A stretch of DNA of 54,960 bases from Pseudomonadota bacterium. Lineage in GTDB: Bacteria; Desulfobacterota; S145-22. Position numbers and translations under genes: made by a program. Shown one piece after another: positions 47,889 through 54,960 of the stretch. The notes beneath the pieces were generated by a model. It saw nothing but the letters and a program-made list of their open reading frames with translations. It was not told the origin of the DNA and ran no database searches. Where the stretch lies: positions 1-54,960 of the forward strand of contig WGDA01000065.1 in NCBI GenBank assembly GCA_015493505.1, written 5' to 3'. Position 1 is the first letter of the stretch; each line of letters begins with the position of its first letter.

Positions 47889-48221
47889 ATGGGAAAGGGG
47901 ATCTATCCGATTGGGGTCGCAGCGGATTTGCTTCAGGTGCATCCGCGAACATTGAGAATCTATGAACAGGAGAATCTTATCAAACCGGAGAGAAGGAACG
48001 GCCGGCGATACTATTCGGACGAGGATCTGGAGTACATACGATGTATCCGGAAACTGATTCACGAAGATGGCATCAACCTGACGGGGGTTAAAAGGCTGAT
48101 GGAGGTGGCACCATGTTGGAAGGTTCGCGGATGCCGGAGAAGACAGTGCGGCCGTTTTCACAAGGCGGGTCCAATGACAAGGCGGCGACGAGGTGGCAGC
48201 GTTGGAAGAGATAATTCTTAG
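47889..48221 (+). CDS. MerR/HspR-family regulator with Cys-rich C-terminus
   Basis: YPIGVAADLLQVHPRTLRIYE, RRYYSDEDL, GINLTGVK; tail CWKVRGCRRRQC. Confidence 0.85.
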   Translation: MGKGIYPIGVAADLLQVHPRTLRIYEQENLIKPERRNGRRYYSDEDLEYIRCIRKLIHEDGINLTGVKRLMEVAPCWKVRGCRRRQCGRFHKAGPMTRRRRGGSVGRDNS

Positions 48222-49068
48222 CGTTTTGTGTGACAACATGGCGGCCATGAAGGAAGGGATACGGGCGGAACACGGCTTTTCCGCGTTTCTGGAATGGGGT
48301 GACCGGAAGGTCCTCTTTGACACGGGACAATCGGATATCTTCTGGCACAACGCCGAGGTGATGGGGTGCGATGTGGAAAGCGCGCAAAAGGTTTTGGTGA
48401 GCCATGGCCATTATGATCATACCGGTGGATTGGGGAGGCTGGCGCGGCCCAATCGGGCTGTAACGGTTATCGCGCACCCGGCGGTTTTTACCCCGCGTTA
48501 CAAGAAGCAGAAAGACGGGTCTATGAAATATATCGGGTGCCCCTATAGCCGGGATTTTCTCGAGAGCCGGGGCCTGCGTTTCAGTTTTGTAGAGAGCCGG
48601 GTCGAGGTGGTGGATGATGTCTTTTTCGTCTGCGGAATACCTCAGACGACAGATTTCGAAAAGGGGGATCCTCTCCTGATGGTGAAAAACCGGGAGGGTG
48701 AATTTGAACCGGACCCATTTTTGGATGACGCCGCCATGTACGCAAGGACCCCGGAGGGACTTGTGATTGTCCTGGGTTGTTCCCATCGAGGCGTCATAAA
48801 TATCTTAAGATATATCTTGACTTTGGAAGGTGACGTTCCTATCTTAACCATAATCGGAGGAACGCATCTGTCCAGAAGCAGCCGGGAGCAGCGTGAGGAG
48901 ACGATCGACGCCCTGCGGGCGTTAAATCCGAGAATGGTCGGTGTGTCACATTGCACGGGCACAGAGGCGACAGACGCGATGCGCCACGTCTTTGGCCAGA
49001 GGTTCTTCAGGGCCATGGCGGGCGTGAGAGTGACGATAAATCAGAAGGGAGGGAGTGTAATTCAATGA
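48193..49068 (+). CDS. MBL-fold metallo-hydrolase (COG1237-like)
   Basis: EHGFS, LFDTG, SHGHYDHTGG, GCSHRG, GGTH, HCTG; TTG 48202 is an alternative start. Confidence 0.88.
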   Translation: MAALEEIILSVLCDNMAAMKEGIRAEHGFSAFLEWGDRKVLFDTGQSDIFWHNAEVMGCDVESAQKVLVSHGHYDHTGGLGRLARPNRAVTVIAHPAVFTPRYKKQKDGSMKYIGCPYSRDFLESRGLRFSFVESRVEVVDDVFFVCGIPQTTDFEKGDPLLMVKNREGEFEPDPFLDDAAMYARTPEGLVIVLGCSHRGVINILRYILTLEGDVPILTIIGGTHLSRSSREQREETIDALRALNPRMVGVSHCTGTEATDAMRHVFGQRFFRAMAGVRVTINQKGGSVIQ

Positions 49069-49241
49069 GTTCGGAAGAGAAAATCAAGCAGAGGATCCAG
49101 GAAGTTTCAAAGGAAGGGAAAATCACCTGTACAGCGGCCCACGAAGTGGCAAAAGAGCTGGATGTGCCCATCGGGAAGGTGGGGCAATTGATTAACCAGT
49201 TAAACCTGAAAATTATCGCCTGTGAACTGGGATGTTTTTAG
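49065..49241 (+). CDS. Hypothetical 58-aa Cys-containing protein
   Basis: ATG overlaps MBL TGA, GGAGGGAG RBS; MSSEEKIK...ITCTAAHEVA...KIIACELGCF. Confidence 0.75.
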   Translation: MSSEEKIKQRIQEVSKEGKITCTAAHEVAKELDVPIGKVGQLINQLNLKIIACELGCF

Positions 49242-49261
49242 GGACGTGAAAGGAGACAGCA

Positions 49262-50164
49262 ATGGCTGAATGTAAAGAAAGCACCTCTTGCAGCACGTGT
49301 GGAAGCGCATCAAGCTGCAGTGTGGATGAAAAACAGCGCCATGAGCAGGAGCTTCTGGCGAAAAAGCTTGAATCGATCGACCACCGCCTGGCGGTTATGA
49401 GCGGGAAGGGCGGGGTTGGTAAGACGACCGTGGCCGTCAACCTGGGCGTCACCCTGGCGCGGGAAGGCCTGAACGTGGGCCTGATGGACGTGGATATCCA
49501 TGGCCCCAACGTTCCAAAGATGCTGGGGATTGAAACACGCCGCCTGGAAGGGAGCGAGCAGGGTGGCATCAACCCCATTGAAGTCTTTCCCAACTTCAAG
49601 GTTGTGTCCATGGCGTTTCTTTTGCAGGACAGGGACACACCCGTGGTATGGCGGGGCCCGTTGAAACATTCGCTGATTCAGCAGTTTGTCAAGGATGTCA
49701 ATTGGGGGCATCTGGATTACCTGATTATCGACCTGCCTCCGGGGACGGGAGACGAACCCTTGAGTGTGGCGCAGGTCATTAACAAGATGGATGGGAGCAT
49801 TATCGTGACCACCCCTCAGGACGTGGCGCTCCTCGATTCGAGAAAATCCGTGACCTTCAGCCGGCAGCTCCAGGTGCCGGTGATTGGGATTGTTGAAAAT
49901 ATGAGTGGGTTGATCTGCCCGCACTGTGGAAAGGAAATTGACCTGTTCAAGGTCGGGGGTGGCCGGAAGGCCTCTCAGGAATTGGGTGTCCCCTTCCTCG
50001 GGAGCATCCCGATTGATCCTGAGATTGTACAGGACAGCGACCGTGGCGCGCCGTTTGTGATGTCACATCCTGATTCGAAGGCCGCTCAGGCTTTCAAGGA
50101 AGTGGTGAAAAATGTGAGGGCGTTTGTGGAACAGCCTGAAAAGAACGCCGCTTCTCAGGCTTAA
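49262..50164 (+). CDS. mrp: Mrp/NBP35 (ApbC) Fe-S carrier ATPase
   Basis: [42 protein letters not shown]; four-Cys N-terminus. Confidence 0.93.
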   Translation: MAECKESTSCSTCGSASSCSVDEKQRHEQELLAKKLESIDHRLAVMSGKGGVGKTTVAVNLGVTLAREGLNVGLMDVDIHGPNVPKMLGIETRRLEGSEQGGINPIEVFPNFKVVSMAFLLQDRDTPVVWRGPLKHSLIQQFVKDVNWGHLDYLIIDLPPGTGDEPLSVAQVINKMDGSIIVTTPQDVALLDSRKSVTFSRQLQVPVIGIVENMSGLICPHCGKEIDLFKVGGGRKASQELGVPFLGSIPIDPEIVQDSDRGAPFVMSHPDSKAAQAFKEVVKNVRAFVEQPEKNAASQA

Positions 50165-50201
50165 TGGTTGCGCAGAAGTTAGAACCCATCAGGAGGAAGA
50201 C

Positions 50202-50747
50202 ATGGAACTTTTGGAAGCTATCAGGACGCGACGGACCGTGCGGAGGTTGAAGGCTGACCCCATCAAGGAAGAGCAGCTTAAAAATATCCTTGAGGCGATT
50301 CGATGGACGCCTTCCTGGGCGAATACCCAGTGTTGGGAGGTCGTAGTCGTCAGGGATCGAAGCGTGAAGGAAAAACTGGCTGAAACCCTTTCACCGACCA
50401 ACCCGGCGCTGAAGGCGGTCACGAACGCCCCAGTCGTGCTGGTGATGTGCGGGAAGAGGGGGCTTGCCGGGTTTAAGAAAGGGGAAGTCACGACGGACAA
50501 GGGAGACTGGTTCATATTCGATGTGGGCGCGGCAACGTTGAATGCCTGCCTGGCGGCCCATGCGCAGGGACTGGGATCGGTGATCGTGGGATTGTTCGAT
50601 TCGAAAAAAGTGGAAGAGATTCTCGGAGTTCCTGAAGGTGTTTCAGTCGTTTCCCTGATTCCCATCGGCGTTCCGGAAAAGGTTCCCGAAGGGCCCAAGC
50701 GTAAACCGCTGGAAGAATTTGTGTTTGAAAATCACTATCAATCATAA
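50202..50747 (+). CDS. Nitroreductase family flavoprotein
   Basis: IRTRRTVR, PSWANTQCW, AHAQGLGS, PIG; AGGAGG RBS. Confidence 0.9.
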   Translation: MELLEAIRTRRTVRRLKADPIKEEQLKNILEAIRWTPSWANTQCWEVVVVRDRSVKEKLAETLSPTNPALKAVTNAPVVLVMCGKRGLAGFKKGEVTTDKGDWFIFDVGAATLNACLAAHAQGLGSVIVGLFDSKKVEEILGVPEGVSVVSLIPIGVPEKVPEGPKRKPLEEFVFENHYQS

Positions 50748-50753
50748 GGAGGT

Positions 50754-51164
50754 ATGCTGAATATGCCAAGAATCGCGTTTTCTTCTGAAGACAACGTGGG
50801 GTTGGAGGGGCAGATGAGCGGCCATTTCGGCCGGTGTCCCTATTTCACCCTGGTGGATGTGGAAGATGGAAAGATTCAGAATGTGACGGTTGTGGAGAAT
50901 CCCTTTTATAACAATCATCAACCGGGGCAGGTTCCCGCGTTTATCCACTCGCAGAAGGTGGATGTCATGATCGCGGGCGGGATGGGGCCCATGGCCATTA
51001 ACCTTTTCAACAGCAACGGGATCGAAGTTGTAACGGGATACATGGGGACCATTCAGAACGTGCTGGACGCCTATCTTAAAGGGGAGGCGAAAGGGGCCAG
51101 CGGCTGTGCGGACCATGAAGACCATGACCATCACCATGGCCATGGCGGGGGATTTGTGCATTAA
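50754..51164 (+). CDS. NifB/NifX (MTH1175-like) family protein with His-rich tail
   Basis: HFGRCPYF, IAGGMGP; C-terminus CADHEDHDHHHGHGGGFVH. Confidence 0.88.
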   Translation: MLNMPRIAFSSEDNVGLEGQMSGHFGRCPYFTLVDVEDGKIQNVTVVENPFYNNHQPGQVPAFIHSQKVDVMIAGGMGPMAINLFNSNGIEVVTGYMGTIQNVLDAYLKGEAKGASGCADHEDHDHHHGHGGGFVH

Positions 51165-51180
51165 GTGAGGATGCGAACCG

Positions 51181-51537
51181 ATGAAAATTGCCATTTCTTC
51201 CACTGGTGAAGGGCTGACCGCGAAAGCGGATCCAAGGTTTGGGCGTGCGCCGTACTTCGTGCTGTTGGATGACGCAGACTCTGATGTGCCAGGCGTGACG
51301 GTCCTGAAAAACGAGGCGGCGGAGGCAGCCACCGGGGCGGGAACCGAGGCGGCCCGAAGAGTTGTGGAGGAAGGGGCACATGTTGTCATCTCTGGCTCTG
51401 TGGGGCCTAATGCTTTCCAGGTCTTTGAGCGAATGGGAATACCCGTTTATCTGATTCAGGGAGATATGACGGTTCGGGAAGCCTATGAACGGTATCAAAA
51501 AGGTGAATTAACACGGATGATTATCAAGAGACTGTAA
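51181..51537 (+). CDS. NifB/NifX (MTH1175-like) family protein
   Basis: DPRFGRAPYF, GAG, VISGSVGPNA. Confidence 0.88.
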   Translation: MKIAISSTGEGLTAKADPRFGRAPYFVLLDDADSDVPGVTVLKNEAAEAATGAGTEAARRVVEEGAHVVISGSVGPNAFQVFERMGIPVYLIQGDMTVREAYERYQKGELTRMIIKRL

Positions 51538-51570
51538 CGAAAGGACTCTTAACCGGAAGGGGTGATTTTA

Positions 51571-52137
51571 ATGAAGGTCATTGTAACATCAACGGGACCA
51601 AGCCTGGATGATGAGCTTGATCCAAGGTTTGGCCGGTGTCAGTATTTTCTCCTCGTGGACACGGAAACGATGCGGGTCTTGGAAACCATTTCCAACGAAG
51701 GAATGATGTCCGCGGGTGGCGCGGGGATTCAGGCGGGCCAGCTGGCCGCAAACAAAGGCGCCGAAGCGGTCATCACCGGCAACGTGGGACCCAACGCCAT
51801 ACAGACCCTCCAGGCGGCCGGGATCGGGGTGTATCTGGCACCCGCGGGAACCGTGCGCCAGGCGATCGAGGCATTCAAGCAGGATGCCTTGAAAGGGGTT
51901 TCTTCCGCGACGGTGGACGCGCATCATGGGATGGGGAGCGGTTCGGAGGCGCCCCAGGCCCAGGCATACGGCCCAGGGATGGGAAGAGGCATGGGGCGTG
52001 GGATGGGCATGGGACGGAGATTCCAGTCTCAACCCGCGCCATCACCGGAAATTGATCAGCTACGCGCCGAGATTGACGGGTTGAAGAAAGATCTTTCCGA
52101 GATGAAAGAGATGCTGAAAAAACTGACTGAGAGTTAG
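51571..52137 (+). CDS. NifB/NifX family protein with GRGMG repeats and coiled-coil tail
   Basis: DPRFGRCQYF, ITGNVGPNA; GMGRGMGRGMGMGRR; EIDQLRAEIDGLKKDL. Confidence 0.88.
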   Translation: MKVIVTSTGPSLDDELDPRFGRCQYFLLVDTETMRVLETISNEGMMSAGGAGIQAGQLAANKGAEAVITGNVGPNAIQTLQAAGIGVYLAPAGTVRQAIEAFKQDALKGVSSATVDAHHGMGSGSEAPQAQAYGPGMGRGMGRGMGMGRRFQSQPAPSPEIDQLRAEIDGLKKDLSEMKEMLKKLTES

Positions 52138-52218
52138 GGATGGTTTCTCCGGAGAAGGCCTGGATGGCTGATTCCGGGGCCGTGGAATTAGAAAGTTTGG
52201 TGAAAGGAGGTGTGAACC

Positions 52219-52473
52219 ATGCCAGGATTTGATGGTACAGGCCCAAGAGGTGAAGGGCCCATGACCGGTGGCGGAAGAGGTTTTTGCGCCCGCCCTGCCG
52301 GTTACGGACCCTATGGCGCGGCCGGCCGCTGGTATCCACCTTATGGAACCGGTTATGCCGGATATGGCGGTTGGGGCCGCCCCGTCTATGGCGTGGGCCG
52401 CGGAGGTATCCCCTATGGGGGAGGCCGTGGGCGCGCCTTCGGTGGTGGCCGCGGACGCGGCTGGCGCTGGTAA
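52219..52473 (+). CDS. DUF5320-like Gly/Arg/Tyr-rich protein
   Basis: MPGFDGTGPRGEGPMTGGGRGFC N-terminus; AGGAGG RBS. Confidence 0.8.
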   Translation: MPGFDGTGPRGEGPMTGGGRGFCARPAGYGPYGAAGRWYPPYGTGYAGYGGWGRPVYGVGRGGIPYGGGRGRAFGGGRGRGWRW

Positions 52474-52565
52474 CCCTTAATCACTGGCTGGGGGGAGTTC
52501 CTTCCCTCCAGCCCGTTTTCATCTGTATCCATTGGAAGTTAAATAAATAGGAAAAGGACAAGTGT

Positions 52566-53426
52566 ATGGAAAATACAGTAACCATCACGATAGCCAGCGG
52601 AAAAGGCGGGACCGGGAAGACGCTCGTGGCGACCTCTCTGGCTTTGTCTCTTCCGGAGGGGGTGCAATTTCTTGATTGTGACGTGGAGGCACCCAACTCT
52701 CATATCTTCCTGAACCCTCAGTGGGAAATGGAAGTGCCGACGGGGCTGGTGGTTCCGAGAGTGGATGAATCGGTCTGCACGGCCTGCGGAGAATGCAACC
52801 GCGTGTGCGAATTCAAGGCGATCGTGGTCATCGTTGACAAGGTTCTGGTCTTTGACGAACTGTGTCATGGCTGCGGGGCGTGCACCTATATCTGCCCCGT
52901 GGATGCCATTACGGAGATTGAAAAACCCATAGGTGTCATTCGCAAGGGATCCGCGCGAAACGGGATCCATTTCCTGCAGGGACTGTTGAATATCGGCGAA
53001 CCCATGGCGACACCTATTATTCGCCGGTTGAAAAAGGAGGCCTCTCCGGTCGCGAAGATTACCCTTCGGGATGCCCCGCCGGGGACCTCGTGCCCCGTGA
53101 TTGAGAGCGTGGAGGGGAGTGACTACACGATTCTCGTCACGGAACCAACCCCTTTTGGGCTCAACGACCTGAAATTATCGGTGGGGGTGTGTCGGGAATT
53201 GAATGTCCCCTTGGGAGTGATTATCAATCGTGCTGACGTGGGAGACGCGGGTATTCATGCCTATTGCCGGGAGGAGGGTCTCCCGATCCTGATGGAGATT
53301 CCGCTGATTCGTGAGGTCGCGGAAGGATACGCGAACGGGGTCCCCCTCATCGATGTCCTGCCCCAGTATCGAGACAGGTTCCAGGAATTGTTTGACAAAA
53401 TCCTCAAGGAGGTGCGTCATGGCTGA
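52566..53426 (+). CDS. MinD-superfamily P-loop ATPase with inserted 2x[4Fe-4S] domain (COG1149-like)
   Basis: SGKGGTGKT, DCDVEAPN, CTACGECNRVC, CHGCGACTYICP, DAPPGTSCP, VTEPT. Confidence 0.9.
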   Translation: MENTVTITIASGKGGTGKTLVATSLALSLPEGVQFLDCDVEAPNSHIFLNPQWEMEVPTGLVVPRVDESVCTACGECNRVCEFKAIVVIVDKVLVFDELCHGCGACTYICPVDAITEIEKPIGVIRKGSARNGIHFLQGLLNIGEPMATPIIRRLKKEASPVAKITLRDAPPGTSCPVIESVEGSDYTILVTEPTPFGLNDLKLSVGVCRELNVPLGVIINRADVGDAGIHAYCREEGLPILMEIPLIREVAEGYANGVPLIDVLPQYRDRFQELFDKILKEVRHG

Positions 53427-54291
53427 GGCTAAAACATCTCCCCGGCAACTGACCATTATCAGCGGAAAAGGCGGGACGGGGAAAACGACCCTGACGGCGG
53501 CGTTCGCCCAGTTAACGGAAAACAAGGTCATGGCGGATTGTGATGTGGACGCTGCGGATCTGCATCTGATCCTTGAACCCACGATTAAAAAGTCTGTTCC
53601 CTTTTACGGGGGACGGAATCCGGTCGTGGATCTGGATGCCTGCACGAAGTGTGGCGTCTGCACGGAAGTTTGCCGGTTCGGCGCCATACATGATGGGGTG
53701 GTGGACCTGTTTGCCTGTGATCATTGCGCCCTTTGCGCCCACGCCTGCCCTGAACAGGTGATAAAGATGGAAGACGCCCATTCCGGAGACTGGTTTGTCT
53801 CGGAAACCCGCTTCGGTCCCATGGTACACGCGAGGCTGGGAATCGCCGAGGAGAACTCCGGAAAGCTGGTGACGATGGTGAGAAAAGAGGCGATGGAGGT
53901 AGCCAAAAAGGGTTCGCGTTCCTGGATTATCATTGATGGTCCTCCGGGGGTGGGGTGTCCGGTCACGGCCTCCCTCGCGGGGGTTGACAAGGTCCTGGTG
54001 ATAACGGAACCGACCCTGTCGGGGATTCATGACATGGAGCGCGTGCTGAGCCTGGCGACACATTTCAATATTCCCGCCCAGGTTTGTATCAACAAGTTTG
54101 ACATACACCTTGCCAATACGCGACAGATCGAGGCGTATTGCCTGGAAAAGGGGATTGAACTTGTGGGAAAAATCCCCTTTCATCGGGGGGTTATCGAGGC
54201 AATGGTGAATGGGAAGACTGTCATCGAAACAGATGTCCCGGAGGTTGCCCCCGCCATTCATCAGATCTGGGAGCGGGTGATGGGGGAGTGA
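53419..54291 (+). CDS. Second MinD-superfamily P-loop ATPase with inserted 2x[4Fe-4S] domain
   Basis: SGKGGTGKT, DCDVDAAD, CTKCGVCTEVC, CDHCALCAHACP, DGPPGVGCP; AGGAGG RBS, overlaps the previous stop. Confidence 0.9.
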   Translation: MAEAKTSPRQLTIISGKGGTGKTTLTAAFAQLTENKVMADCDVDAADLHLILEPTIKKSVPFYGGRNPVVDLDACTKCGVCTEVCRFGAIHDGVVDLFACDHCALCAHACPEQVIKMEDAHSGDWFVSETRFGPMVHARLGIAEENSGKLVTMVRKEAMEVAKKGSRSWIIIDGPPGVGCPVTASLAGVDKVLVITEPTLSGIHDMERVLSLATHFNIPAQVCINKFDIHLANTRQIEAYCLEKGIELVGKIPFHRGVIEAMVNGKTVIETDVPEVAPAIHQIWERVMGE

Positions 54292-54318
54292 CGGAAACTT
54301 TCCCCCAGTATTTTCCGT

Positions 54319-54960
54319 TTAATTGGCTTCCATAACGGCTATAATTTCATCAGCGAGGGTTTTGGTTATGGGGAGGGTAACCTGCTTTTTCGTGCGCATA
54401 TCGCGCAGAACAATTTCCTGGCGTTGCAGCTCCTCTTCCCCAATAATGGCCGTGTAGGCCGCGTTCAGGCGGTTGGCCAGTTTCATGAGCGCCTTGAGGC
54501 TTTTTGGCTCATAAGAGAATTCGCAGACTTTTCCCGATCGTCTCACACCGGCCGCGAGGGTCAGGCCGAAACGGCGCGCGTCTTCCCCAAGCGTGGCAAC
54601 GAAGAGGTCACAGGGCCAGACAGGAGAGGTGGCCCGCACCTCTTGAAGAATCATGGCGAGGCGTTCCATGCCCATGGCATAGCCGATTCCGGGGATGTCA
54701 GGGCCGCCTAACTGTTTCACGAGCCCGTCGTAGCGACCCCCGCCCGCCACAGCGTTTTGAGCACCGAGGTTTTCGGAGACGGCTTCAAAGGTTGTCTGCA
54801 CATAGTAATCCAAACCTCTGACCATCATGGGGTTAAGACGGGTCGGAATCTTCAGTTCGTTGAGGTAATCACGGACAGAACCAAAATGTGTCCGGCAGGT
54901 TTCACACAGGTATTCCTGTATATTGGGCGCGTCCAGGGCAAGCGCGTGGCAGGTCTCCAC
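54319..54960 (-). CDS. hisS: Histidine--tRNA ligase, C-terminal part (5' end beyond window)
   Basis: MVRGLDYY, AGGGRYDGL, GYAMGMERL, anticodon-binding domain IIGEEE. Confidence 0.95.
   Translation of the reverse strand: METCHALALDAPNIQEYLCETCRTHFGSVRDYLNELKIPTRLNPMMVRGLDYYVQTTFEAVSENLGAQNAVAGGGRYDGLVKQLGGPDIPGIGYAMGMERLAMILQEVRATSPVWPCDLFVATLGEDARRFGLTLAAGVRRSGKVCEFSYEPKSLKALMKLANRLNAAYTAIIGEEELQRQEIVLRDMRTKKQVTLPITKTLADEIIAVMEAN

Noticed and set aside
47724-48350. 209-aa N-terminal extension of the CDF in the ORF track (627 aa)
   Set aside because: Overlaps the promoter and the MerR gene on the other strand; CDF homology begins at MKFSAK (47723).
48193-49068. Methanopterin biosynthesis annotation often given to this MBL family
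   Set aside because: No methanopterin or C1 genes nearby; only the fold is supportable.
1-54960. Selenoproteins (in-frame TGA), expected because selC is present
   Set aside because: Every recognised gene appears complete, with no homology continuing past a TGA. Checked by eye only; a SECIS-aware search could still find one.
1-54960. CRISPR array, IS elements, prophage, rRNA
   Set aside because: No regularly spaced 25-45 nt repeats, and no transposase, integrase or phage motifs or rRNA signatures were seen.

Overview
Gene-dense, ~55% GC chromosomal window from an anaerobic bacterium, inferred to be deltaproteobacterial (Desulfobacterota-like). No CRISPR array, rRNA or mobile element is visible. 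From left to right it contains: a sigma54-type promoter driving at least three tandem GspG/pilin-like paralogues; a REC-GGDEF cyclase; a Liv-type ABC transporter; rmuC-rnc-radical SAM-tilS-DHH/CBS tRNA nucleotidyltransferase-M50 protease; signalling proteins; ilvE; a molybdenum-cofactor operon; an orphan system II cytochrome c synthase; a Vor-type 2-oxoacid:ferredoxin oxidoreductase; cobO-cbiL; an RcoM-like PAS-LytTR regulator followed by cooF-cooS-nuoE/F/G-like genes; tRNA-Sec-tatA-folK-YHS-transaldolase; and a large uncharacterised metal/Fe-S operon (MerR, MBL, Mrp, nitroreductase, three NifX-like proteins, DUF5320-like, two 4Fe-4S MinD ATPases) with a divergent CDF-NifX fusion. The window ends in partial hisS. 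The strongest candidates for undescribed systems are a putative NAD(P)-linked CO dehydrogenase complex lacking cooC, and the NifX/MinD/Mrp metallocofactor-handling operon about 6 kb away. All family assignments come from motif recognition by eye; no searches were run.
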